Source: Macrostomum lignano
Taxonomy: Eukaryota
Length of the DNA: 64,000 nucleotides
NCBI GenBank assembly: GCA_002269645.1
Contig: NIVC01002822.1
Span: 1-64,000 of the forward strand
Reading direction: 5' to 3'
The position numbers were made by a program, and so were the translations under genes. Shown piece after piece: positions 1 to 12,489 of the stretch. The notes under the pieces were generated by a model. It was not told the DNA's origin. It saw nothing but the letters and a program-made list of their open reading frames with translations, and made no database searches. How positions within the stretch are numbered: the stretch's first letter is position 1; each line of letters begins with the position of its first letter.

Positions 1-260
1 TAGCTGCAATGCTGACCAGTAGCCGTTGAGTTGCAGTGTTAATTCCGCTGAATAGCAATTTCGAAAGGGACAAATTTGAGTATTGATCTCGATCATTCCA
101 CCAACTAGCGATATTAACAAAGTCAACACAGGCAGACGTGACGTGCATCATAGTGACGGCAGTGACGCCTGCAGCCTGATGCTTCTGTGCGCTGGAGGAA
201 ATAACGAAGCTGCATGTCTGGAGCGATGATGCCAGTGCAAATAGTTTTAGAAAAAGCTTG
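1..260. repeat. Segmental-duplication block (flank of the lectin-like gene unit)
   Basis: tagctgcaatgctga...ccgttgagttg...gctgaatagcaattt recurs at ~8375-8560 and ~12255-12400. The following part (gtgacgcctgcag...gatgccagtg) recurs at ~8790-8830, ~9270-9320 and ~14880-14930. Confidence 0.8.
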
Positions 261-2849
261 CAAAACGAGCGATTGTTAATAGGATCGATGTTATCTGCGT
301 CACGACAAGCAGTCACGCTGATGCGACCGGCCCAGTGCGAGCCGCCGGTATGGCAGGACAACCCGGCACTCGGCAAGCGACCCAGTGGGACAACTAAGTG
401 GGCGTACAGTGGGCGGTGTGCACACTTGCGACTGCCTGTTGAGAGCAGTCGGTAAATATTTTTATTTTCAATTTACAATGAATTATGACTGATTTTTGAT
501 GAAAAGCGTGATTCTGTACTCGTAATACTTTATTTAGCCTTAATAAGAACCATTCTTCCATCCCAATCGAGGCCGCCCGGTGATCGTCCGGCAATTTAAC
601 TTTGGCATGTTTTATGTTCAAGCAGCTTAATTTAATAGCTCTGCTTGTTCAGCTTAGCGGGAGAACCATTTTTATCCCAATATTAGGTTAGGTTGGAGTA
701 GAGCTGAAAGCCCCGCGGAGCCAACTTTTTGTGTTGGCAGTCGAAAGAAGATTAGAAACATCAAATTGACAATAATATGAAATATTTGCGCTTCTGTCAT
801 GAATGTGTTATTGTGACTTGAGTGGCACTATTCTACGCCGGCCAGTCTGGCCGGCCTCTCCCCCTCCTCAGATATTTTCTGACTCACCCACCTTCACTTC
901 TCTCTCTGCCTAGGCCTTGTCTGTTTATTCACCCCCATTCTTTGCGTGCGACCCCACCCCATTCTTTTGTAAGCCTTGCTGCCCCGCCCCTGTAGTTTGT
1001 GATTGGCTGCCAGTCCCAGTCTGCCGTGCTGCGCTCTCGGCGATTAGGCTGGCACTTCTCATTTTGGTCCCATGTCGTTTTCTAAACTCCCTGTTGCCGC
1101 CTTCATCCCGCGCCCTCGACCCCAGTTTGCTGCCTATACAAATATCAGACCCCGTGAGACCCCATTTCCGTCGTTCTCGTCGCTCCCCGGTGATTTGTTG
1201 CCAGCGTTGGTTGCTATTACACTAAATTGTCCTTAATTGTCCTAATTGTTCTAAATAAATAGAAATACAAATAAGAATACCAAGAAGACTCCCACCGCTC
1301 TGTCGGCGTGTTTCCGGGTTGAACGACCGAAATCGCGGCTGGTAAGCCTTCCACCTTGCAAGTCATTTGGGGTCTGCATCTGTACTAGGCACCTTAGAGG
1401 GATTAAGTGCGTCGTACGCCGGTCCCACCCCAAGCAGCTTTGCGTCGTACGCGAGACTGTAGGCTATCGTGCGTCGCACGCTCGTGCAGCCTGGTCCCGA
1501 CGGACACCGCGTCGTACGCGTGTCAGTGGAGGACCGCAGCCAGGGTTAGTACGCGAACCCGGGTCTGGAAAGGGGCACGAAGGGACCGAGCCCGTGAGCC
1601 CCATCACAAAACTTCTATAAGCTTTGTCTTGCTTTGCCATCTATTTTGAATTGCTGCTCAACCTGCTGGCTTAAAATGCCCCTTAGAAGTAGAGTTACGG
1701 ACTCCTCACTGGGTGAAACTAATGTCTGCAATGCTCGACCTCATGCTGTTGGCCAGAAACCCATGATCGATCTGAAAAATGCTGCAGCAACTGTTACAGC
1801 TTTGAGTTGGTGTCCACTAGAATAACAGAATAATTTTTATACCTGGATGGCGCTGTGCAGCTGGGATATTTCTAAGCAGAGCAAAACTAGTTACTGATTT
1901 TTTAGATATTTTGTTTTGGCAACGCTGTTTTAACCTGGAATTTAAACCCGCAGAATTTGGAACCCTGTATCTATTTTGCTTCTTAGATTTAAAGAAATCG
2001 AACAAAAACTTATTTAAATAGTGATGATAGAAGTTAGTAAAAACCAAATTAGGATTACCATTTCGATTCCTTTGGTTTATTTCAGCAGGATTGTATTGCC
2101 TCTACTTTTCTCTACTTCTCTTTCATCTGTCCTCTCTCCATCCATCTATTAACTATTCCTCACACTCCCTTCCATCTGTCTACTCTCCCTCTCTCCCTTT
2201 GTTCATTCTGTCCTCCCTCCCTCCCTTCTATCTGTCTACTTTCACTCTGTTATCCCTGTCTTCCTCTTCTGCTGTACCCTCTCTCCATCATCCCTCTCTT
2301 GCCTCTGCCCTGCCTCCCTTCCATCTGTCCTCTGCTGCTCTCTCTCTCTGCCTTGTCTACCGCTTTTTCTTTGACTTTTTTGACTTTGAAACTTGAAAAT
2401 TTACAGGTAATGTTAGGAAATAGTTAAAGGTGTTAGTGTAAAATTTGAATAGGATTGGTTGAAGGTTTGAAGACTTGAATTTAGGAAGTTTTAAGGTAAC
2501 CTTAAGTCTTTTCCATAGTGAATTTAGTGTGGGTGTAAATTTTAATGAAGTTTGTAATGTTTGTAAGTTTCTAACTCACAGTGTAATGTGAAACTATACA
2601 TTTGCTAAAAATATCAACCCTTTCGTTTCAGAGGACACCCAAATCAGATTGATATAAGCAGATAGAATCGTTCATCATTGTAAATGCAAGACAGGACAAG
2701 CATGCAAAACAGCGTGGGGCGTCGTTGTTGAAAGGCTAAACTTTGTACTTAAAACGTAAAAAATATAGTAACTGTAACATTCACATGGGTATTAATGGTA
2801 TAATAAGTATATTTAGGAACGAGTTATTAAATTAAATTAAAGAGCTGGA

Positions 2850-4695
2850 GAGACTTCGTTTGAGAAGGCGACCAACCTGCGAAGCAGAGGAGGTCTTGGG
2901 TCGCGTGGCCTGGTCTGCCATCAGCGCTTACTTGGGCGAAAGCGGCGCATTCTGCTAAATCTGGCAGGCGACTCTAAGGACGAGCGCAGCAATGAGCTGC
3001 ATGAGTTTTTCGACGCCAATGTTAACGCACCGCCACTTCTCTGCCAGACGATCTGACGCTGCCGCCGGAGATGCCGTTGCTGGAAGAGGAGAGCTTCAGC
3101 GTTGCACCAGTCAACACAGCCGACGCTGTGTGGCTCCACCAACAGTCACCGGGCGGGAAAAAGCTGTGACCGGACAAGTTGCATTGAGGCATTGCTCATA
3201 CAACCCTGGCCATTGAGAAGGCACCTAAAGAGTGGACCACGGCACACATTTTCGCTATTCCAAAGAAGCCAGGCACCACAGGGCTAGAGAAGCACTGAGG
3301 CATCTGCCTTCAGTCTTTCGCTGCGAAGCTGTTTAATCGGCTGCTGCTATCGCGGTTGCTGCAGGTGCTGGATCCGTACCTACGTCTTGAGCAGGTCAGC
3401 TTCCGGCTCCATCGCGGCACTGTGACGCAGATCCTAGCTCTTCGTCGAGTCATCGAGGAGACGCGGATATGCCAGACGATCCTGATTGTTATCTTCATAG
3501 ATTTCAAAAAGGTATTCGACTCGCTCGTCAGGTCCATACTCCCAGAGGTGCTCCGTGCGAACACAGTGTCAGAGTAGCTTGTCTACGCCATCACGGCAAT
3601 GTGTACCGTGATACAAAAGCTGTTGTTTCAACACCGGAAGGTCTATCTGACTGCTCCAGAGAGACTCGCGCCGCTGCGGATTGCTCTTCATACCAACGAC
3701 GACGGCTTTCTGCTACTGCACGGCTTTCTGCTTCGGTCAGCGACAACCGGAGAGGCGGCTCAGCGTGTTGGCTTCGCCGATGATCTCGCCCTGCGGTCAT
3801 TAACTGTTGAAGTCGCCCAGCGACAACTGGATAAGCTGGTTGCGTCGAGTGTCGGCCTGTTGGTCAACATGCAAAAGACCATCGTGCTCTGCTGGCCGGA
3901 CGACATTGTGTCTGCAATTTTGTGCAGATGGACAGGCGACAGAGCTTCTGTGTTGTCAGCAGTTCATCTATCACCTTGGCGGTCTGGCTTCCGACATCCG
4001 CGAGAATCTGCAGCGTCGCTGCAGGCTTGCCAATAGCCTACCTAACTACCAGTGGATGGCCCTGCTCCAGGTGGTGGTCGAGACTATCTTGTTATACATC
4101 ACTGAGACCTGGACGCAGAGCGCTTCATCTGCGCTGAGTCGCACTGCCCACAGCCGGTGCGGGGAAGTCCTGCTGCTGAAGCAGCAGGTGCACCCTCCCT
4201 ACCGGCGGGAACAGGCGCGCACTTGGCTTTTCGTTCACAGCCTGCTGGTGCTGGCTGACGCCGGCGTCTCGGATTTGGTCGGCGGCGTGGCCTGCATTCG
4301 CGACCTGGCCCAGAAGCGCGCCCTGTGACGCTGCCTTCTAAAGACTCTAACAGCGTATTTTGTTGTTCGTCGTTGGCAAAGTCAAATCGGCAGGAGAAAC
4401 TGCAAGGCTTAGGCTCAAGCCAGGCGGACACGAGCTGGGAAGACACAGACAGCGCATGGCGGAGAAACTTTTCTCCAACACACCCTACCCAATCGTAGAA
4501 GACAATTGACAGGTAAGCAGCAAAGTTAGAGGCAAAAGAGTCATCGAAGCGTGAAGCTTAAGCCCACGCAGGGTTGCGACTCATAGCTACTAGACGCATC
4601 GGGGGGTGGGGGGGGGTGAACAGTCGTCGGGACTTTTGCCGTCCCACGCTACAAGTGAAAGCTCAAGCGCCTTTGAAAAAGAAAAAAAGAAGAAT
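2850..4695 (+). mobile_element. Decayed non-LTR retrotransposon (RTE-like), RT and 3' part
   Basis: Frameshifted RT motifs AKLFNRLLLSRL, EQVSFR, FIDFKKVFDS and GFADDLAL (~3770). A 3' UTR ends in an A-rich tail (~4675-4695). Same family as the copy at 12.5-14.8 kb. Boundaries approximate. Confidence 0.8.
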
Positions 4696-4972
4696 TCTAG
4701 CAGTTCTCGGATTGTCTTTTATATTTCTTTGTCTGCGCAGAAACTTTTTGAATAAAATTTTTACCACCCACGTCCTACTGCCACCAATGTAAGCGTCTAT
4801 TGGTGCAGAGACAAACTGCCAACTCAACTGCCTGCTGCAACCCAGGACGGTACGTAAAACGAACAGCTCAGAGATGCTAAACGGCCTAAATAGGCAAAGC
4901 CTTCGCAAATACACAACACGAGTCAGAGCGCTGAGCTCAACTTGATAAAAAATCACATAATTCAGTGTAAAA

Positions 4973-6085
4973 ATGCAATATTCAGGTGAGCACAATCCTG
5001 AAACATTGTCTCATGTCATTTTTCACGCAATTATCGCAAAGCCAGCTCCCTCAGCTAAGCCAATCATTCCTAACTTTCCAGCCCGCGCTCTACTCGCCGT
5101 CCTCCTCGTCTGGCTGGCTCCTCGGCCGACCCGCTGCGACTGCCAGCGAGGTTGGCGCCGTCTGCAGACGAAGAGCTGTCTGAGCGACTCGCTGGCGCTG
5201 TGGACGAGACCCTCCGGCTCCGTCCTCGACTGCGTGCTCGAAGCCGAGCGCTCGAGCGGCCTTCTGGTGGCCCAGTTCGACTCGGACACTCGCCAGTGCT
5301 CGCTCTTCCAATACACCGCAGTGTGCCACCTCATCGATGGACTCGCTGCTGCAGAGAGCTCGAAGTCCCGCCGCTGTGCCGCATTCGCCAATGACAGAGC
5401 CGCCAAGTTCCTCACCTTGAGCAGGAAGCTCATGCTGGATGTGGGCTCGAAGCTGAGGGCCGCCTGGGTGATGAGCGACGATGCGGACGCCAGCAGGAGC
5501 AACTTGGTGTGCGGCCAGACGCAGCAGTGGATGTCGGAGAATGTGGAGTGGAGCAGCGAGGGAGCCAAGCTCGACGGAGTGTCGTCCAAGATGTGGCTGG
5601 AGAACGTGGAGCTCGCGAGCGTGCAGCAGAGACTCACGTGGCTGGTCAGGCTCAAGCGGACTGTCCGGAAGGAGGCAACGCTGCTCGAATCCTACAACTG
5701 CGACTCCACGGCTTTGAACGCAGCCTTTTGGGACGGCTGGACAGGCGGATGGGGCCTGTACTTCTTCAGGGTATCTTCATCTTACTTTGAGTACTTCACA
5801 CCATCTGTAACGAACTCGTTTGACGCGAATGGATTCGTTGAGGTCGGCATCAGTTCGGCGTCTCCGTCAAGCCGCGACTTCTTCTCCAACTTCGCGTTCG
5901 TGCCGCAGTCTGTTGTGAGCGCTGGTCCTCAGCGTAACGCAGCCGTGTCAACATGCCGCTGCATCCGCTTGGGATTTAGACCTGCCGACTCGCGAATGTT
6001 GAACGGCACAGTGCAGTCGGTGGCCATCATGAACGACACGATGACGGAGGCTGAGATCCGCAGCTTCTTCGGCCTGGTACGCTGA
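4973..6085 (+). CDS. Secreted PAN/Apple-like + LamG/ConA-like protein, copy 1; join(4973..4985,5082..6085), 338 aa
   Basis: ATGCAATATTCAG|gtgag...ctttccag|CC; removing the 96-nt phase-1 intron gives the signal peptide MQYSARALLAVLLVWLAPRPTRC. Cys pattern SVLDC...FDSDTRQCSL is PAN-like. LRAAWVMSDD...GAKLDGVSSKM...GTVQSVAIMNDTMTEAEIRSFF resembles the Laminin_G_3/ConA-like profile (recognised by eye). Confidence 0.85.
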   Translation: MQYSGEHNPETLSHVIFHAIIAKPAPSAKPIIPNFPARALLAVLLVWLAPRPTRCDCQRGWRRLQTKSCLSDSLALWTRPSGSVLDCVLEAERSSGLLVAQFDSDTRQCSLFQYTAVCHLIDGLAAAESSKSRRCAAFANDRAAKFLTLSRKLMLDVGSKLRAAWVMSDDADASRSNLVCGQTQQWMSENVEWSSEGAKLDGVSSKMWLENVELASVQQRLTWLVRLKRTVRKEATLLESYNCDSTALNAAFWDGWTGGWGLYFFRVSSSYFEYFTPSVTNSFDANGFVEVGISSASPSSRDFFSNFAFVPQSVVSAGPQRNAAVSTCRCIRLGFRPADSRMLNGTVQSVAIMNDTMTEAEIRSFFGLVR

Positions 6086-7449
6086 CCTGCCAGCCGCTCG
6101 GTTAATGCAAACTTACCAACTAAACAATTCAATGCACCGATGTTTTCTAAAAAACGACGTCCTTTTAGCACTGAAGAGTTTCCTTCTGTTGTGCCCGGCT
6201 GCATCTATCTACACCGATGAGCAATCTTTGTCTTTTGGTCAGTTGGGCCGGGGATTGCGCTCTAACCACTCCTGCCGCGTTTGCATATCCCACCCCTAAT
6301 CGTCTGGATTGGGGTTGGGTTTATTGTATCATTTTGGAGGGGTTTTTAGGGGGGGGTCCACCAATGAAGCCAAATTGCTGCACGCTTAAAACTTCTATGG
6401 CCAAACCACACTGAGAAATCACTTCAGCAAAAATCTAAGCGAGCCAGAATCTCAACTCAGTCAATAGGCCTGCGAACAAAAGATAGCAAGCACGTAGGAC
6501 ACCTGTTGAAGAATGGATCATTTTGGTCCATTTGGTCCATTCGGTCTATTCGGTCCATTTGGTCAATTTCGGGTCCAGAAGGGATCAATTCGGTCAAAGT
6601 AGCGGCGTTACTTTTCCAAATCCTGTCTCCAAAGCACAGAACGGTTTCACGGAGCCACCTGACTTGAACGTTGGCGGTGGTGGCTTTGAATTAAAAATTG
6701 GCCCTTCCGAAACGTTGATCCTCGATGATAGTGATTCCACAGACACGAAGGTAGATAGCGGAATAGACCAGCTCAAGCGGTAATCAATGAAGCAGGCGCA
6801 TAAAATCCGCCATCAATCTTGCGTAAGCGTAGAAGATGCGCAAACCTGGATGTTGAAAATCGGCTGTCGCCGGATCGCAGGAGTAGCTGTTGCTTAGGAG
6901 AACCTCGCTAAACTTACGAAGTACCAATTTTCTCGGACTAGAACAGACCGGCGTATTGCCCAATTGCATAATATCCATTTCATTGATCTCAGCGGAGGAG
7001 CTTCAACTTCATCGGCGTCCAATTGAATGAGATCCTCAAGCGTGCATTGCATTGCGGACTCTCGCTCAACTCTTTCGCCCAACTGGGAACTCGAAGCTCC
7101 AACAACGTCACCTTGCGACGCGTGCAATAGTCCGATACGAGTGCCGGTTGTTGAATCCAAAATTTAAGCCATTTGCCTTTGGTTGCAGTCGCGCGTTGAG
7201 CTATAGCTAAGCTATGAACCTTCTGCTACATATTTGACTTACAACTTCATGTTTACACTTTCTATTTTGGACCATAGACACTACCATAGATAGATAAGAC
7301 CAAGTATTTTGAGCGTGCAACAATGCATCATTGCCCAAACTGATGGTTTCACGCTTTAAATATCAATGGTCCAAACGCCTTCAAAATCATACAATATCGG
7401 TGAAGAACGGCTATTCATGCACCAATTGTTTATTTGATATCCAGCTCTG

Positions 7450-7692
7450 ATTGGCCGGACTGGCCGACACGCGCTCCCATTCCCAATTACTAGCCTCCGT
7501 GCCAAGTTGGATAGGCTAGTATGTACGCGCTTGTTGTCAGCCAGTCGTCAGTCGGAAGAAATCTATGAGCCTAGAGATTTGAGGGGTTATTTGATGAAAT
7601 ACGATCGTATACGTATATAAATGAGCTGGCGGTGGGCGAGGGAGAGCGTGCTGCTGAGTTCGGACTCGGCGACACAATGGGCTATAGTAAGC
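7450..7692 (+). promoter_or_regulatory. Putative Pol II promoter (CCAAT + TATA) with downstream splice donor
   Basis: ATTGG at 7450-7454, TATATAAA at 7614-7621, gtaag at 7687. The same arrangement occurs in the paralogous unit. Confidence 0.4.
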
Positions 7693-9999
7693 CAAAGCTT
7701 CAAGTTCAAGTTAATAAAGATATTTTAATAAAAGCCCGCTGCCTCGCTCTACCTAGATTTTTGGCCGAAGTATCAAAGAAGAACAATTATTGAGTATTCT
7801 CTGTTCCTTCCGTGGGAGACGCTGCCACTCTGGACACTGAATCTGATAAGATTAGGGACGGGCTGATCAAGTCCCTAGACATGACCTTACGCTCAGTAAT
7901 CGAAGTCAGTCCGGCCAGCGGACTGAGGCGATCTCGGGCCCGTCGGCTGAAGAGTCCAACCAGTTAGTTTCGATCAGGCCGTGCCGCAACACTTCGATAA
8001 TTCTGCGTGACTTTTCTTGCATTCAGTATTTTGGGCTTATGCTCATCAACGACTAATTGTGCGATAAGTTACTTTCGAAGTCCTTAGGGTGCATGTGAAG
8101 ACTTAATGCTTCGTGTTCAAGGCCAATTTGCAGCTAGTCTGTGCTTGGGAGATTTCGGATTCTTTACTTACTTTGACTGTGTTTAAAAGGTCAAACTAAT
8201 CAGGATTGATCGATCAGAAATGACATGTCCCGCGCCTTTTACTCGTGTTTATTTCCTTTGATTTATAGCATGCATGCGCAGCACTCGGCAAAGATGACAA
8301 ATCTGGGTAAAGAAGTATGGAGTGAATGTTGAATTCAGACGCAAACACACTTAACTACCACTAAGAGTAAAGGTAGCTGCAATGCTGAATTTAATGACCG
8401 TTGAGTTGTGGTGCTACTCTCCCGCTGAATAGCAATTTTGAAGGGCAAAATGTGAGTAGTGAGTTGGATCAATTTCACCAAGTAGCCAGTTTAACAAATT
8501 CAGCATGGCGAGGGTAACGCACAGTACGACGTTAAAACAGCTCTATAGTGGTTAGTGCGAGAAACCAAAAGTATTGAGCTCTGAGCTCACTAGACGACTT
8601 TTATATTTTTGGTACAAGCGAACGTAAGAATAATTGATGCATAAAAGCACAAGGGGTTTTAAAAGAACGCACACACTAGTCACGCTCAATGAAGCATTGT
8701 CAGTCAATCGATAAAATAAAACAGCGAGTGTACTCAATGTACACCCGCTGAGTCACGCGATACGACAGACGTGGCGAGCAAAATCTCTGATTGGCAGTGA
8801 CGCCTGCAGGCTGATGCTTCTGCGTGCTGGAGGCACATAACAATAAATAAAAATAATAGATAAAAAAGTTTACATACCAGAGCAGGTGTGCAAATTTCAG
8901 TACATTTTAATAACAATTATAATGGCACTGCAGTTTTGCTTGATCAGTATAAGAAACATCATCTATCCAGCATCTTTGTGGTCTTTAAATTGCAAAAAAA
9001 TTGAAAATTGAGAAACATCAAAGTACGCGTGTACGAATATACGAGCTAAGTCTAATAACTCTGTGAATTATTGATGCATTCACATGTGCATAAGTGAATG
9101 GAGTTTGACCACTCTAAAAGAAGCTCCGGCTCCTTGTATCACACGAAGTATAAAAGCAAGCAAGCAGTATGTGCATTTCCTCTATGCCCCTGCCTCATCC
9201 TGCACGGAAACCGTGACTCATGGCCGTTTACCTTGTGTCTCGATGCTAGCTAAAGAAGGTCCTGCATTAGCGAAGCTGCATTGCTGGGGTTGATGCCAGT
9301 GTAAATATCTTAGAAAAAAATGCGGGTAAACATAGAACGCATAAAACTGACGCCCAATGCTTCGTGGTGATGTATCGGATGCAAACACCATCAAACGCGC
9401 TTGAATTGCTAAGTTGTCTTCACTACTTTTTTAGCAGACTTGGCACCGGAGAATCAGCCGTGAGATGAGTTGCAGAATCGCTTGAGCGAAGCAGCTAATG
9501 GAGTTTATTTTAAAAAGTAGAAAGGAATCCACAATCCAGTGAGCACCGTCACTATAATGCATTTGATCGACACTCGATCCCAGAACCTGCGGTGGATGCG
9601 ATATTTGCGTCACGAATGCCTTGCTGGATCACTAGTTTGTTCTACCACCTGAAGAGAAAGTCTTCAGTGCAGTTGGTTTCTTTCAAGTTAAAGAAAACAT
9701 CGACGAGGGACTTCTTGGCTAGACTAATTCTGCACTCAGAAATGGTGCAAAAATATGAATCAATTAAAAATCTTCTTGATGGGAAGTGTTTCTCAGTAAC
9801 TTTCCATGAGCATCCTGCTGAAGAAAAAAATGGAGCTAGGCTTCTGGATTGCAAAAGGATTCTTCATTGTTTGGGATTGCCGGATGACTGTGGTGTCAGC
9901 GGTTACTGTGGCGTCAGCAGCGACTGTGGACAAGTCAGACATACATGCAGTCATAATTAATCTGTTCATTGGTACAAGTTAGATGCCACGACCTCCAAG

Positions 10000-10230
10000 T
10001 GTTCAAGACAGTGAGCCGAAGCGCTTCAGTGCTGCTGTGGCCCATGTGGATCTTCGGGGTGACGCCAAGGACTCGGTCGAATCGAGCCCCAGCCGTACCA
10101 CAGGACACACTAAGGGTCGGGACGCTGAACTGCCTGACGGAGGCTGCCTGGGCTCTGGCAAAGGCTTCTTCGTCTTCGTAAAACCATATTGCATTCTTTA
10201 CCTTTCACGCCAGACTGCCCACGATGTAAG
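10000..10230 (+). mobile_element. Old LINE endonuclease N-terminal fragment in the upstream region of copy 2 (paralog ~24300-24580)
   Basis: Encodes DTLRVGTLNC here and HLIRVGTLNC in the paralog, resembling the GTxNV start of APE endonucleases. Confidence 0.4.
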
Positions 10231-10407
10231 CGCCTATTGGTGCAGAGACAAACTGCCAACCCAATCACCTACTACGCTTAAGTCGGAAAGCAAGTAAAAC
10301 GAACAGCTCAGAGATGCAAGACGGCCTAGGAGGCAAAGCCTTCGCAGATACACAATGCGAGTTAACTTAACTCAACTTGATAAAAAATCACATATTTAAG
10401 TGTAAAA

Positions 10408-11516
10408 ATGCAATATTCAGGTGAGCAGAATCCTGAAACATTGTCTCATGTCATTTTTCATGCAATTATCGCAATTCCAGCTCGCTCAGCTCAGCCGGTC
10501 ACTTTCCAGCCCGCGCTCTACTCACCGTCCTCCTCGTCTGCCTGGCTGCTCGGCCCGCCCGCTGCGACTGCCAGCGAGGTTGGCGCCGTCTGCAGACGAA
10601 GAGCTGTCTGAGCGACTCGCTGGCGCTGTGGACGAGACCCTCCGGCTCCGTCCTCGACTGCGTGCTCGAAGCCGAGCGCTCGAGCGGCCTTCTGGTGGCC
10701 CAGTTCGACCCGGACACTCGCCAGTGCTCGCTCTTCCAATACACCGCAGTGTGCCACCTCATCGATGGACTCGCTGCTGCAGAGAGCTCGAAGTCCCGCC
10801 GCTGTGCCGCATTCGCCAATGACAGAGCCGCCAAGTTCCTCACCTTGAGCAGGAAGCTCATGCTGGATGTGGGCTCGAAGCTGAGGGCCGCTTGGGTGAT
10901 GAGCGACGATGCGGACGCCAGCAGGAGCAACTTGGTGTGCGGCCAGACGCAGCAGTGGATGTCGGAGAATGTGGAGTGGAGCAGCGAGGGAGCCAAGCTC
11001 GACGGAGTGTCATCCAAGATGTGGCTGGAGAACGTGGAGCTCGCGAGCGTGCAGCAGGGACTCACGTGGCTGGTCAGGCTCAAGCGGACTGTCCGAGTCG
11101 CGGCAACGCTGCTCGAATCCTACAACTGCGACTCCACGGGGGATCGAGGCGCGGCGTTTTGGGACGGCTGGACAGGCGGATGGGGCCTGTACTTCTTCAG
11201 AGTCGCTTCATCTTACTTTGAGTACTTTACACCATCTGCCACGAACTCGTTTGACCCGAACGGATTTGTTGAGGTCGGCGTCACTTCGGCGTCTCCGTCA
11301 AGCCGCGACTTCTTCTCCAACTCCGCGTTCGTGCCGCAATCCAGTTTGAATCATGGTGATGAGCGTAACGCAACCGTGTCGACATGCCGCTGCATCCGCT
11401 TGGGATTTCGACCTGGCGACTCGCGAATGCTGAACGGCACGGTGCATGCGGTGGCTTTCATGAACGACACGATGACGGAGGCTGAGATCCGCAGCTTCTT
11501 CGGCTTGGTGCGCTGA
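10408..11516 (+). CDS. Secreted PAN-like + LamG/ConA-like protein, copy 2; join(10408..10420,10510..11516), 339 aa
   Basis: Same ATGCAATATTCAG|gtgag exon. The 89-nt intron (not a multiple of 3) must be removed to join the signal peptide MQYSARALLTVLLVCLAARPARC to the 10662-11516 ORF, which supports the intron. Confidence 0.85.
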
Positions 11517-11769
11517 CCTGCGAGCCGCTCGGCCACTGCAACTCAAAAACTCAAAACTTCAACACACCATGTTTTTTTTAAGAAATGACGTTCTTGTAGC
11601 ACTGAAAAGTTTCCTTTCTTCTGTTGTGAACGGCTGCATCTACACCGATGAGCAATCTCTGGCCATTGGTCGTCGGCCGGGCATTGCACTCTAACTAACC
11701 CTCTGCCTCGTTTGCGTATTCCAACCCCAATCGTCTGAATAGGGTGGGTTTATTGCATACCCAGCTCTG

Positions 11770-12007
11770 ATTGGCCGGACTCCCCTCCGCATTACCTCTA
11801 GCCTTCGTGCCAAGTTGGATAGGCTAGCATGTACGCGCGATTGGTGTCGGCCAATCGGCTGTCGGAAGGAATTTGTTAGCCCCAATCTCTGACCGTAGGG
11901 ATTTGAGGTGTGTTTTGATTAAATACGTATATAAATTAGCTGGCAGTGGGTGAGGGAGAGTGCGCCTCTGAGTTTGGGCTCGACGACACGGTTATAGCGT
12001 GGTAAAG
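11770..12007 (+). promoter_or_regulatory. Putative Pol II promoter (CCAAT + TATA) with downstream donor, paralog of 7450-7692
   Basis: ATTGG at 11770-11774, TATATAAA at 11928-11935, gtaaag at 12002. Confidence 0.4.
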
Positions 12008-12489
12008 TTTGGAATTCAAGTTATAAAAAAATATTTCACCCGCTCTGCCTCAATCTGCCCCGATTTTTGGCCGAAGTATCGAAGGGAAAATCAGAATTGA
12101 TCGATCGTAAACGACATGTCCAGCCTTTTGTTTATCGCCTTAGATTTTTAGCACGCATGCGCAGCATTTGGCAGAGGTGACTAAGCCTGGATAAGGAAGT
12201 GTGGAGTGAATGATGACTTCAGATGCAAACACCTTTAACTACTACTAATAGTAAAGGGTGTTGCAATGCTGACTACTGGCCGTTGAGTTGCGGTGCTACT
12301 AACACTGAATAGCAATTTTGGAGGGCCAAATGTGAGTAGTGAGCTGGATCAATTTCAACAAGTAGCGAATTTAACAAGTTTAGCACGGCAGGGTATCACT
12401 GCACAACATGTTACTCTGTTGTATTTTATATAGTTCTGTAGTGAAAGTTAATTCTCATATTGCTTTCTTCTTATTTTATAAGCCCAAGC

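Noticed and set aside
5023-5655. Antisense ORFs over each lectin-like copy
   Set aside because: Shadow frames of GC3-rich coding sequence; their apparent conservation reflects the near-identical core.
7940-7985. Hammerhead ribozyme (CTGAAGA core)
   Set aside because: No stem II followed by GAAA on either strand.
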